A stretch of 64,000 nt of DNA, from NCBI GenBank assembly GCA_963807605.1, contig CAWECG010000004.1:599090-663089 (forward strand), written 5' to 3'. Below the pieces are notes generated by a model. That model made no database searches. It was not told where the DNA came from and worked only from the letters and a program-made list of their open reading frames with translations. Numbering within the stretch: the stretch's first letter is position 1; every line of letters begins with the position of its first letter. Below, in pieces: positions 39,116 through 48,245 of this stretch. The stretch comes from Candidatus Bathyarchaeota archaeon. Its GTDB lineage: Archaea > Thermoproteota > Bathyarchaeia > 40CM-2-53-6 > RBG-13-38-9. The translations under genes and the position numbers were made by a program.

Positions 39116-39802
39116 CTAGTAGGGAGATTGCCACATCAAACTTCGATGAGGCACGTATTCGCCTTCCCTACGCCATTGGAAGATCTGTTTTGCCTGTGCT
39201 AGATCATGAGTCTTCACTCCATCGAACAAGCTTCTGTAGTATTCGTGGAGATATTCCACCTTCTCGAAATGAATCCTCAGCGGCGACGCGACCGCGGTCA
39301 AGGACGATGTTCTTGACACCAGATCCTGTTGCAGTCAACCTTTCTAGGAGGGTCACGTGTGGAGGAAAAATGGGTGACGAATACCTTACCAAGAGAGGCA
39401 ATCAGCTCCGCCAGACCATTATAGACCTCTCCTGCTGGCTTCAGCCAGAGCGAGAATGCACGGTGGGCTGCCCTCAGAGTCTCTTGCCAAACGCACGTTG
39501 GGTTCTCTCGTACTCTTCTGTCAACCCTATATCCCAAACATGCTGCAACCTAAATCCGTATACCACTTCTTTCGTGCAGAACCACTCAATGAAATTGCCC
39601 GGTTCATCACCTCGCCCTCCTTGACGCAGAATTCATCTGTTCTTTGGAGGGTCGGAAACGGTAGTATGTAGATGCATGCTCCAATCACCTGACCAGTCGG
39701 GTGCAGAGGCTTTTCCTGGAATCCTACGATTCGCATCTCGTGGTCGAGGGTCACTATGGAGCCTCTTCTTGCTTGGTCTGAATCTTCGGCATCAAAGAAC
39801 AT
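39116..39802 (-). pseudogene. sugar-phosphate nucleotidyltransferase fragment, 5'-truncated by the TnpB insertion and frameshifted
   Basis: VGFQEKPLHPTGQVIGACIYIL matches the NDP-sugar pyrophosphorylase EKP...GiY motif. The N-terminal G-rich loop is absent because the family-A right end abuts at 39809. Three consecutive frames are needed to follow the gene. Confidence 0.4.
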
Positions 39803-39808
39803 TATGTC

Positions 39809-41180
39809 TTGACACTCCCCTGCCTAAAGATAGGGGATTCTAGCTTCTATCATGTTCATTGGTTGGTGGGTCACTGCCCTTCTAGGCTGCCACCTCATTC
39901 CATCCCATTTTAGAAGGTTAGGGTGCGTCATCACCCTGATAGCTGTTCCTTCACGTTGAAGGTTTGCCATTTTCAAGACTCCAATAGCATCCCTGTGAAC
40001 TTCCATCCCACACTCCAAGCATTTGAAGAGTCTGCCTTTTCTCTCAATGTTTTCTGAGCTGCATCTTATGCATCTGCTTGAAGTCTTGTATTCGCTGACT
40101 TCTTTTACTCTTATGCCGTATTCTTGTGCCGTACACTTTAGTCTTTGAATGATGTATTTGAAGCTCCAGAAGTTATGGATCATAGCGTTGCTCTTCTTTC
40201 CTTTATCGTTGCCGTCTCTGATGCCTGTTAGGTCTCCTATCACAATCTTTGAAACACCGAGATCATAGAGGTCTCTTACCATGACTCTTATCATGGTGTT
40301 GATGGCCTGCCGGAATCTCCGTTGCCTTATCCTGTACAGTCTATTGAGTTGCTTTGAACTTTTCTTGCCGTTGATTGTTTCAAGTATGCTCTGGCAGTCT
40401 GCTATTCTATCGACCCAGTACCACCAATCAGAGAGTAGATTTCTCCCACTGTATGCTATTGGTTGTTTCCATCCTTCAAGCCAGATGGTGAACAGGTTGA
40501 TTACACCGGGGTCGATGTAGCATGTCTTGGAGCCTTTCGGCTTGAATAATGGCCTAACCTTTACGGCCTGAAAGACACACCACTTTCCAGCCAAATCATC
40601 ATAGATGACCTCGGCTTTCCCCTGTCTTCCGCTCCATTTTGGCTTGCCTCGGATGGGCATCTTCAACTTCTTTGGTAGTCTCATCACTCCATCCTTTACA
40701 CTATAGCAGTCGTTCCTCAGAACCATCATCAGCCTGTATTTCCCATCTCTCTTCCAGTATCCTGGCATACACACCTTCTCCATGTTTGGCGGAAGTTTGC
40801 CTTCTCGCTCCAGCTGCTTTAATGCGAAGAAGCTTCTCCATGACTCGTTGCCCTTCCTGATGATCTGTTGAGATGTCGCCGAATCGATTAGTGGCGTATA
40901 CTTTCGATAGAGGTCTTTGCACTCCCAATTTAGGGGTTGATAGTTCATGTATGCCTGTCTTTTGCGGTATGTCGTCTCATTCCAAAGTTTGGCACAGTTG
41001 GTAGCTTTATCCCTCAGTATCCTCTCTTGCTCCACCATTGGATCAAGGATGAAGGTGTTGGTTCTACGCATGAAACTACCAGTATTATTATTGAAATACC
41101 AGACATTTAAGCCCCAAACGTCTCACTCTGGTCGCAATTCACCCCACCCCTGAAGGAGTGGGCTTTCTTGCTAGTTCAAT
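39809..41180 (-). mobile_element. family-A tnpB element, copy A3
   Basis: Right-end terminus TTGACACTCCCCTGCC at 39809. Left end ...GCTAGTTCAAT ends at 41180 with GTAA flank (TTAC on the gene strand). Confidence 0.75.
39824..41071 (-). CDS. tnpB: TnpB-like RNA-guided endonuclease, family A (intact)
   Basis: MRRTNTFILDP..., RuvC-like DxxxE...D residues, zinc finger CIRCSS...CLECG. Confidence 0.85.
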   Translation of the reverse strand: MRRTNTFILDPMVEQERILRDKATNCAKLWNETTYRKRQAYMNYQPLNWECKDLYRKYTPLIDSATSQQIIRKGNESWRSFFALKQLEREGKLPPNMEKVCMPGYWKRDGKYRLMMVLRNDCYSVKDGVMRLPKKLKMPIRGKPKWSGRQGKAEVIYDDLAGKWCVFQAVKVRPLFKPKGSKTCYIDPGVINLFTIWLEGWKQPIAYSGRNLLSDWWYWVDRIADCQSILETINGKKSSKQLNRLYRIRQRRFRQAINTMIRVMVRDLYDLGVSKIVIGDLTGIRDGNDKGKKSNAMIHNFWSFKYIIQRLKCTAQEYGIRVKEVSEYKTSSRCIRCSSENIERKGRLFKCLECGMEVHRDAIGVLKMANLQREGTAIRVMTHPNLLKWDGMRWQPRRAVTHQPMNMIEARIPYL

Positions 41181-41279
41181 GTAAGCTTGGTTTTGGCTGC
41201 GGTGTATTCTTCAAGTTTCTTCTCAGCGTCAGACTGGCGTCTGATGAGTGCGATTAAGAAGCTTGTGTCTAGACACACC
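41174..41279 (-). pseudogene. vapC: vapC (PIN toxin) N-terminal fragment truncated by IS insertion
   Basis: Reverse-complement ORF MVCLDTSFLIALIRRQSDAEKKLEEYTAAKTKLTLN*. It has the canonical PIN N-terminus (LDTSFLIAL) and its stop codon lies inside the family-A left end. Confidence 0.5.
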
Positions 41280-41290
41280 ATCTTGAGCAC

Positions 41291-41530
41291 TCAGAGTCTT
41301 GGTGTAGGGACTTGTAGTTCTTGTCTTTCTTTGAGTATCTGCTCGAGTGTATCGACGAGCTCATCGTCAGGCTTGAGGCCTCTGATGTAGTTGAGAAGGG
41401 TTCCCTCAACTTTCTTCTTTGATATCTTTAGGATTATGTCTGTGAAGGATTCCTTTTCGCCCTTCAGTCTCGCCAGGGCTTGGTATGCTTCTTCTGAGAT
41501 CGTTATCGTCTTGTGTGCCATAGGGGTCAC
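41291..41530 (-). CDS. VapB-type antitoxin, orphaned by loss of its toxin
   Basis: MAHKTITISEEAYQALARLKG... helical antitoxin-like protein directly upstream of the truncated PIN gene. Confidence 0.5.
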   Translation of the reverse strand: MTPMAHKTITISEEAYQALARLKGEKESFTDIILKISKKKVEGTLLNYIRGLKPDDELVDTLEQILKERQELQVPTPRL

Positions 41531-41547
41531 GTTGCCTACTGATCTTC

Positions 41548-41569
41548 TAAATACACATATGTGTATTTA
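41548..41569. promoter_or_regulatory. perfect 22-bp palindrome TAAATACACATATGTGTATTTA, putative operator
   Basis: Located 18 bp upstream of the antitoxin start codon, on the template side. Fits TA autoregulation. Confidence 0.45.
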
Positions 41570-41875
41570 ATATTAGTTGGATCAAACAATATTCCAACCT
41601 GAGTATCAAATCCAAGCTCAGGTTCCGCTTTCTTTCTTCACATTTCTGAATTACCCTGTTAGCGCGCGCTATGAATGTCATATAGATTGCTTTATGTGAT
41701 TTACTGGTTCTAGGTTCAATAGTACTGCTCGTAAATTACGTAAGATAAGGTATGCTGGGAAATCATGGAGAGTAGAGAAAAAAGTGGATGTGTTAGGCTT
41801 CGTCTTTTTCTAATGACTACTACTGTAGATAAGGCTGCGACTAGTAGAGCGCGCTTTGTGGTACTGCCTACAGAG

Positions 41876-43261
41876 TTAGGGCGTTTTTGAAAGAGACCAT
41901 AAATGGAGAAAAGCACTCCGCGTGTACAGCAAATGAAAGAGGTGAGCGAGCACAGGTGTAAGAGGGGTATAGTAGAACTCCCATCCAGTGAAGCGATTAG
42001 CAGAAGTCAAGAAGAAGATAAGGGTCCAGATGACCTGGAGGAACGTCAGCGACACCAGGAAATACCGTTGGCGTCCTCCGTTAAGATGAAGAAAAACTAT
42101 TGAGGTCAGGATTACGGATGAAGTGCTCATGAGAATGCCGTATTGAGGGAGTCTAACGGTTTGCAGAGCGAAGTAAAGAAGTGGGACTGAGGTCAATAGA
42201 GTTCCTATCGCAATCAGATCGGTTACTCGGCGTTTGATGACTGATATGCAAATCTTGTACAGGGCAAGCGGATAGACGAGAATCTCGAATGGTGTGCTGT
42301 ACATCGCTTGGATGTAGACCATGTACCACCACGGGCTTTGAACAGCCTGCGATGGGTCCGCATAGAAGTCAGGTTTCGAAGAGAGTGGATTTGAGCCGAC
42401 GTGCGGCCAAGGCAACCCCGATAATTGTTTTCTGGGGATTAAGAATGGATTTCCAGGAATCTTGACTGGTTGACCAACTGTAAGATGGATTCTGTTGTAT
42501 ATCCAAACCTGTGAGAGATGGACAAGTGGGCTTGACCACAGATAAGGCTGAACCGCGAAAACCACGAACGCAACGATCCAGAGGAAAACCGCCATTGACT
42601 TCCATTCCGATTGAAGTCTCCTCTTATAAAGCAGGATTCCTAGCAGCACGAAGATGCCGATGAACGCATAGTACTTACTTGCGATTGATAACGCAAACAG
42701 GACTGCACTTAGGTAGAAATGTATCGTCTTCCCTCCTTTGACATATCGAAGGAAGAAGACCACCGAACACATATAGAAGAAAGCCATTCCAGGGTCCAAC
42801 AGACCATACGATGATTCTGCAATTGAGATCGGGTCGAAGGCCAGTACAACGCATGGAATGATCGCGCCCATATGCGTACAGCCCAGATCTCTCGCTAGAA
42901 AGTAGACGACTAGAACTGTCAGCGTGCCCATGATCACGGAGACGAGACGAATTGCGCCAATACTCCCAGGTAACCACGGGAACAGGAACACAATTTTTCC
43001 GTTAGCGCCAAAAAGCACGGTGCTGCCGGCAAAGAGGAGTTTCATTACCATGGGGTGCCCAATGTTTGCCGTCCAAATTCCACTCAAGTATGATTGAGCC
43101 GCTGGCGCATACGTAAATGCCTCGTCATAGTCAAGTGCCGCAGACGTAGCGAGTAGAAAACGCAGCAAGAACGCCATGAAAATAATAATAACGAGTTGGA
43201 TCAGCTTGTTGTACTGTTCGTTATCTAATTGTGTGCCGACACTCCGAAATGTTTTGACCAA
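41876..43261 (-). CDS. GT-C fold glycosyltransferase, PMT/ArnT-like (paralog 3, divergent)
   Basis: N-terminal loop ALDYDEAFTYAPAA (DE motif). About 12 TM helices. Confidence 0.55.
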   Translation of the reverse strand: MVKTFRSVGTQLDNEQYNKLIQLVIIIFMAFLLRFLLATSAALDYDEAFTYAPAAQSYLSGIWTANIGHPMVMKLLFAGSTVLFGANGKIVFLFPWLPGSIGAIRLVSVIMGTLTVLVVYFLARDLGCTHMGAIIPCVVLAFDPISIAESSYGLLDPGMAFFYMCSVVFFLRYVKGGKTIHFYLSAVLFALSIASKYYAFIGIFVLLGILLYKRRLQSEWKSMAVFLWIVAFVVFAVQPYLWSSPLVHLSQVWIYNRIHLTVGQPVKIPGNPFLIPRKQLSGLPWPHVGSNPLSSKPDFYADPSQAVQSPWWYMVYIQAMYSTPFEILVYPLALYKICISVIKRRVTDLIAIGTLLTSVPLLYFALQTVRLPQYGILMSTSSVILTSIVFLHLNGGRQRYFLVSLTFLQVIWTLIFFLTSANRFTGWEFYYTPLTPVLAHLFHLLYTRSAFLHLWSLSKTP

Positions 43262-43780
43262 ACTGAAGCCGGCTATTATTATTGGTGGTGAGGCAGCGTT
43301 ATTTAGACTTATTATTCATAGTGATATTGTGATATCGACATTCCCAACATTGAGTGTAGCATTTGATAGAGAAATGCATTCAAGAAACCATCAATATTGA
43401 GTGTATTCAATCGAGTTCTTGAAACTCTGCCATCTATCATTCGTGGCTAGAGGAAACTAGAGTCGATGTTGAAATGGAGTGACAAGCAGCTCAACAAGAA
43501 ACAGCACGAAGCACTTGAAGCAATCTCGCTCTTTCACGTAGAGGCACCACAAGGTGCGCGCTTGAAGCCACTATGTCTGCAATATTAGAACTTCAACGTA
43601 TTTACGTCCTTCAATCATGAGGTTTGCGTGTTCAACTTCGTGTCCCGACTGTTAACAGCTGGAAGAATGTCCCACGAACGTAACAGAACCCTTTTCAGAA
43701 CACCGATTTTTCCACATATTAAAGTAAGGAAGAAAGTCTTAAGTAAGACCCTAAAATTTTGTATTAATGCGGTGGGTGTA

Positions 43781-44041
43781 ATGACCAAAGTAGTGAGTGT
43801 TACTCAAAAGGGCCAGGCAACCATTCCTAAAGCCCTGAGAGACAAGTTCAGAGTTAAAGGAAAAGTTCTCGTGGTTGAGACGTCGGAAGGCATACTCTTT
43901 AAACCCCTGCCACGTCCTGAAGACGACTTCGGCTCATTAAAGCAGCACTTCAAAGGAGAGACGGCGCGAAAGGTTCTGGACGAAGCCAGGAGTAGAGACG
44001 AGCTGCGGGAGAAGAGGCTGCTGGAGAAAATCAGAGATTGA
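43781..44041 (+). CDS. vapB: AbrB/SpoVT-family VapB-like antitoxin
   Basis: From the internal Met: MTKVVSVTQKGQATIPKALRDKF. Stop overlaps the PIN gene start. Confidence 0.6.
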   Translation: MTKVVSVTQKGQATIPKALRDKFRVKGKVLVVETSEGILFKPLPRPEDDFGSLKQHFKGETARKVLDEARSRDELREKRLLEKIRD

Positions 44042-44433
44042 ACATTGTCTTCGACACTGAAGCTCTCTTAGCCTTCTATCTGGGTGAACCCAGAGGCAGA
44101 GAAGTTGAGAAATACCTTGCAAAGGTGATGGAGGGAGAACTGAAGGGTTACCTGAACATACTCACCCTGTCTGAGCTCTACTATATCCTGTATAGGAACA
44201 GCCCTGCATTAGCTGAGGAGAAGGAGCAGAACCTCCGCAGCTATGGTTTGGATATAGTTCCAATCGATGACGATGGCCTCTGGAAAGAAGCTGCAAAGAT
44301 GAAGGGAAAGCATGCTCTCTCACTAGCAGATGCCTTCGCAGCGGCAACTGCAAAGATAAAGAAGGCAAGCCTCCTAACAGGCAGGGATAAAGAGTTTCAT
44401 AGTCTGGACATCCCCATAGAACGAATAGACTAA
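44038..44433 (+). CDS. vapC: PIN-domain VapC-like toxin
   Basis: MNIVFDTEALLAFYL..., LSLADAFAAATA, TGRDKEF. Confidence 0.65.
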   Translation: MNIVFDTEALLAFYLGEPRGREVEKYLAKVMEGELKGYLNILTLSELYYILYRNSPALAEEKEQNLRSYGLDIVPIDDDGLWKEAAKMKGKHALSLADAFAAATAKIKKASLLTGRDKEFHSLDIPIERID

Positions 44434-44662
44434 CGGACGAAGAGATTTCAACAGACACAGATCATTTATCGAAGAAGATCCCCCAGAGATAGGATTAGCC
44501 AATGTCCAACAAGGTTCTGAAACCCTACATTCAATAATGATGCTTAGAAAATTCGCGGCCCTCAGACTCTGACAATTCTCGTCAACAACCCTAGGCGCTG
44601 CGAAGATAAGGATTCTTTTGCGTGCGCTGGTCTAAACACGATCTGTGCTAGTTGTTACTTAG

Positions 44663-46035
44663 TTGACACTCACCCGCCTAAAGGCGGGGTGATTCTAGCT
44701 TCTATACTGTTCACCGGTCTAGTGTTCACTGGCCTGTTAGCCTGCCACTTCATGCCATCCCACTTTAGAAGGTCAGGGTGCGTCATCACCCTTACAGCTG
44801 TTCCTTCACGTTGAAGGTTTGCCATGTTCAAGACTCCAATAGCATCCCTGTGAACTTCCATCCCACACTCCAAGCATTTGAAGAGTCTGCCTTTCCTCTC
44901 AATGTTTTCTGAGCTGCATCTTATGCATCTGCTTGAAGTCTTGTATTCGCTGACTTCTTTCACTCTTATGCCGTATTCTTGTGCCGTACACTTTAGTCTT
45001 TGAATGATGTATTTGAAGCTCCAGAAGTTATGGATCATAGCGTTGCTCTTCTTTCCTTTATCGTTGCCGTCTCTGATGCCTGTTAGGTCTCCTATCACAA
45101 TCTTTGAAACACCGAGATCATATAGATCTCTTACCATGACTCTTATCATGGTGTTGATGGCCTGCCGGAATCTCCGTTGCCTTATCCTGTACAGTCTACT
45201 GAGGTGCTTCGAACTTTTCTTGCCGTTGATTGTTTCAAGTATGCTCTGGCAATTTGCTATTCTATCAACCCAGTACCACCAATCTGCTAGGAGGTTTCTC
45301 CCGCTGAATGCTATTGGTTGCCTCCATCCTTCAAGCCAGATAGTGAACAGGTTGATAATGCCGATGTCGATGTAGCAGGTCTTGGAGCCTTGCGGCTTGA
45401 AGATTGGCTTTATTTTAACAGCCTGAAAGACACGCCACTTCTTATCTATGTTATCATAGATGACTTCGGCTTTCCCCTGTCTTCCGCTCCATTTTGGCTT
45501 GCCTCGGATGGGTATTTTCATCTTCTTTGGTAGCTTCATCACTCCATCCTTCAGGCTGTAGATGTCGTTTCTCAGAACCATCATCAGCCTGTACTTTCCA
45601 TCTCGCTTCCAGTATCCAGGCATACACACCTTCTCAATATTTAGTGGCAGTCTGCCTTCTCGCTCCAGCTGCTTTAATGCGAAGAAGCTCCTCCATGACT
45701 CGTTGTTCTTCCTGATGATCTGTTGAGATGTCGCCGAATCGATTAGTGGTGTATACCTTTGATAGAGGTCTTTGCACTCCCAGTCCAGGGGTTGATAGTT
45801 CATGTATGCCTGTCTTTTGTGGTAGGTTGCCTCATTCCAAAGTTTAGCACAGTTGGTAGCTCTTTCTCGCAGTATCCTCTCTTGCCCCACTGTTGGAGCA
45901 AGGATGAAGGTGTTAGTTCTCCGCATGAAACTACCAGTATTATTATTGAAAAACCAGACATTTAAGCCCCAAACGTCTCACTCTGGTCGCAATTCATCCC
46001 ACCCCTGAAGGGGTGGGCTTTCTTGCTAGTTCAAT
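44663..46035 (-). mobile_element. family-A tnpB element, copy A4
   Basis: Right-end terminus TTGACACTCACCCGCC at 44663. Left end ends TTCAAT at 46035 followed by GTAA. Confidence 0.75.
44670..45926 (-). CDS. tnpB: TnpB-like RNA-guided endonuclease, family A (intact)
   Basis: 418 aa, collinear with copies A3 and A5. Confidence 0.85.
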   Translation of the reverse strand: MRRTNTFILAPTVGQERILRERATNCAKLWNEATYHKRQAYMNYQPLDWECKDLYQRYTPLIDSATSQQIIRKNNESWRSFFALKQLEREGRLPLNIEKVCMPGYWKRDGKYRLMMVLRNDIYSLKDGVMKLPKKMKIPIRGKPKWSGRQGKAEVIYDNIDKKWRVFQAVKIKPIFKPQGSKTCYIDIGIINLFTIWLEGWRQPIAFSGRNLLADWWYWVDRIANCQSILETINGKKSSKHLSRLYRIRQRRFRQAINTMIRVMVRDLYDLGVSKIVIGDLTGIRDGNDKGKKSNAMIHNFWSFKYIIQRLKCTAQEYGIRVKEVSEYKTSSRCIRCSSENIERKGRLFKCLECGMEVHRDAIGVLNMANLQREGTAVRVMTHPDLLKWDGMKWQANRPVNTRPVNSIEARITPPLGG

Positions 46036-46124
46036 GTAATCGATACCAAGTTGATGGAGAACTTTCAAGAACCGCTCAGCGCTGATCTTGAGCCTAACCA
46101 GTTCAGGCAAACGTGTGGACAATC

Positions 46125-46415
46125 TTAGGACTGCCTGGCTAGTTTACCGAGTTCCAGAACTCTCTCCAACGAAGTATGAAAGCTCGGTCCTGATCTCTGA
46201 GCCGCTAAACTCTCATCCTTAAGTTTCTTGACCTTCTTCTCATCCAACGTATTAAGCCACACAAAGAAGTTGACTTTTCTCCGAACCTCAACGCTATGCA
46301 CAGGCCCAAGATATTGTTTGTGAACATTTCTTGTCTTCGGATCGTATGAGCAAAGATAATAGTACTGAGCTCCACCAGAACCTCGCCTTTCCACTCTAAC
46401 GAAGACCAACATCAA
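46125..46415 (-). CDS. hypothetical protein
   Basis: 96-aa ORF. No recognisable motif. Confidence 0.3.
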   Translation of the reverse strand: MMLVFVRVERRGSGGAQYYYLCSYDPKTRNVHKQYLGPVHSVEVRRKVNFFVWLNTLDEKKVKKLKDESLAAQRSGPSFHTSLERVLELGKLARQS

Positions 46416-46647
46416 TCCTCTTTAGACTGTTTCTGTTTTGATACGTGCGTACGTGTTGTCTATGTACAATTAATGTGCATATAATCTCGATTATTGAGAT
46501 CATAATTTCCGAAGAATGCGGTACTTCTATTGTACATCAGTGGCATCTGTACCCATCAAATACTATATAAGTACAATATAGCATAGGTACTGTACGCTTG
46601 CTCGTGCAGTATATTGAAAGCCAACTAGACATCCCAGAGGGGAACTG

Positions 46648-47376
46648 ATGGATCTCTTATTTCATATGCTGCTTCCTGCGATGTTGGCGATGATCGCTGG
46701 AATAGATAAGCGAAAAGCCCTCGCGATCATGCCTTTCGCGATACTCCCTGATCTTGATGCATTGCTCTTCGCTCACCACTTGATCTTCCATTCCCTGATT
46801 GTGATATCTCTCGCCGCCTTTGCTGGGCTGCTCTGCTGCCGTTTGGTGACGCCCGGCCATTTCGGAACAGGGGTCCTAGCGTCGCTGTATGTGTACAGTC
46901 ATATCGTGCTTGACCTGTTTTCGAATGGCGACGTTGGATTATTCTGGCCTTTGAACAATATCGGCTATTCGATGTCTATCAACCTCACTGTCACTCATCA
47001 GAGTCTCTGGCCAACATTCGGCCTTGAGATGGTTCTGGGTCAGCACCTCCTCCCGAACTCAAGCGCAATTGTTGATGCGACCGCAATAGGTGGTGGAGGG
47101 GTTGCTCTATTACTCCTTCTCTTGCTGACCATGACTTGGGGGTGGAGCAGCCTCGAACAGCGTTTCGAGCTTCTCAAAGCGATACCCACCTTACAGAGAT
47201 CAATTGTCACGCTACGCCACACTTTTGATCTCTCAGGCTACAGAGGTTTGAGATTGTTGGGTACTAACCAATCTTTCGGAATGCAGAAGTTAGCGCCTGT
47301 GAAACAAAGGGATAACACCCTTTTTTTGAATAATTCAACAGGCGGCAATAGGGAGCCTGAGGCTAGTCTAGGCTAG
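46648..47376 (+). CDS. membrane-bound metal-dependent hydrolase (YdjM/DUF457-like)
   Basis: N-terminal HMLLPAMLA...LPDLDALLFAHHLIFHS His-rich membrane helices. Confidence 0.5.
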   Translation: MDLLFHMLLPAMLAMIAGIDKRKALAIMPFAILPDLDALLFAHHLIFHSLIVISLAAFAGLLCCRLVTPGHFGTGVLASLYVYSHIVLDLFSNGDVGLFWPLNNIGYSMSINLTVTHQSLWPTFGLEMVLGQHLLPNSSAIVDATAIGGGGVALLLLLLLTMTWGWSSLEQRFELLKAIPTLQRSIVTLRHTFDLSGYRGLRLLGTNQSFGMQKLAPVKQRDNTLFLNNSTGGNREPEASLG

Positions 47377-47433
47377 CCTTGAGGGGGGCTAGCCAGGCCA
47401 ATAGGTTACTTGCGGGATGCATTGGCAAGATTT

Positions 47434-47622
47434 CTATTTGGTTGATCTGAGTTCATCCAATCTTCTTCTTACTGCATCTGCTATGAAGTCGCCTCGTGAA
47501 CGGTAGCCATGCGTTCTGGACTCCAATAGTTTGTCTATTTTGTCTGCCAACTCTTTTGGGAGGTTGACATAAGTCCAGCCTTCACGTTTCGTGTCTATCT
47601 TCCTGGACACCCGTGTCACCAT
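47434..47622 (-). CDS. ribbon-helix-helix (CopG/Arc-like) DNA-binding protein
   Basis: WTYVNLPKELADKIDKL...GDFIADAVRRRLDEL RHH pattern. The start is taken at an internal Met. Confidence 0.45.
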   Translation of the reverse strand: MVTRVSRKIDTKREGWTYVNLPKELADKIDKLLESRTHGYRSRGDFIADAVRRRLDELRSTK

Positions 47623-47673
47623 GCTTACTAAACCCCTACTACACGAACTGTATATAAAACCACTACCGCTACA

Positions 47674-47874
47674 GTGAATCGCCAGAAAACCCTTGAAGAG
47701 ATTTGCATGGTGGATGATATTCAAGAGAGATTAATCAGAGCTGCAATACCGAAGGCCCTCGTTGAAAGGGTTGAACGAGAAGCTTTGGACCAAGGGTCCT
47801 ATCCGAGCCTTTCAACTTTCATCGCGGATGCTGTCCGAAGAAGGCTTGAACAGCTAGAAACGAAGACCGCCTGA
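47674..47874 (+). CDS. ribbon-helix-helix DNA-binding protein (paralog of the divergent neighbour)
   Basis: IRAAIPKALVERVEREALDQGSYPSLSTFIADAVRRRLEQLE. Shares the FIADAVRRRL helix with 47434..47622. Confidence 0.5.
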   Translation: MNRQKTLEEICMVDDIQERLIRAAIPKALVERVEREALDQGSYPSLSTFIADAVRRRLEQLETKTA

Positions 47875-48245
47875 AATCCAAGACTTTACAAGCGAGTTCT
47901 TTCAGCCAGTTCATTCCACATATTTAACTAACTGGTTTTTGTCGGTCTCCTGGTGTCACCAGACTCCATGAACCTTTCACATGGGCGCGACCACTTACCC
48001 CAGAAGGCAACTGAGAACACTTCAACATATGGACGAGCTGGCGTTTCCTAGCAGGTCTGAAGACTCTACCCTACGCCTGATCCTTTCCTCAAAACTTTTT
48101 TTCTATTACAGGCTTTTGTAGCGTGAATAAGAAACGAGCTGGCTCATCTCATCCGGTCAAGTGTTTCCTTTGCTGCCTCAAGAAATTCGTTGGCTTTTCT
48201 GAGGGCATAGTCAGCTTCCTTTGCACTGCTCTTTGTTTCAAGGCC

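Noticed and set aside
39109-39624. 171-aa plus-strand ORF
   Set aside because: Pro/Ser/Arg-rich low-complexity translation lying over the antisense nucleotidyltransferase pseudogene.
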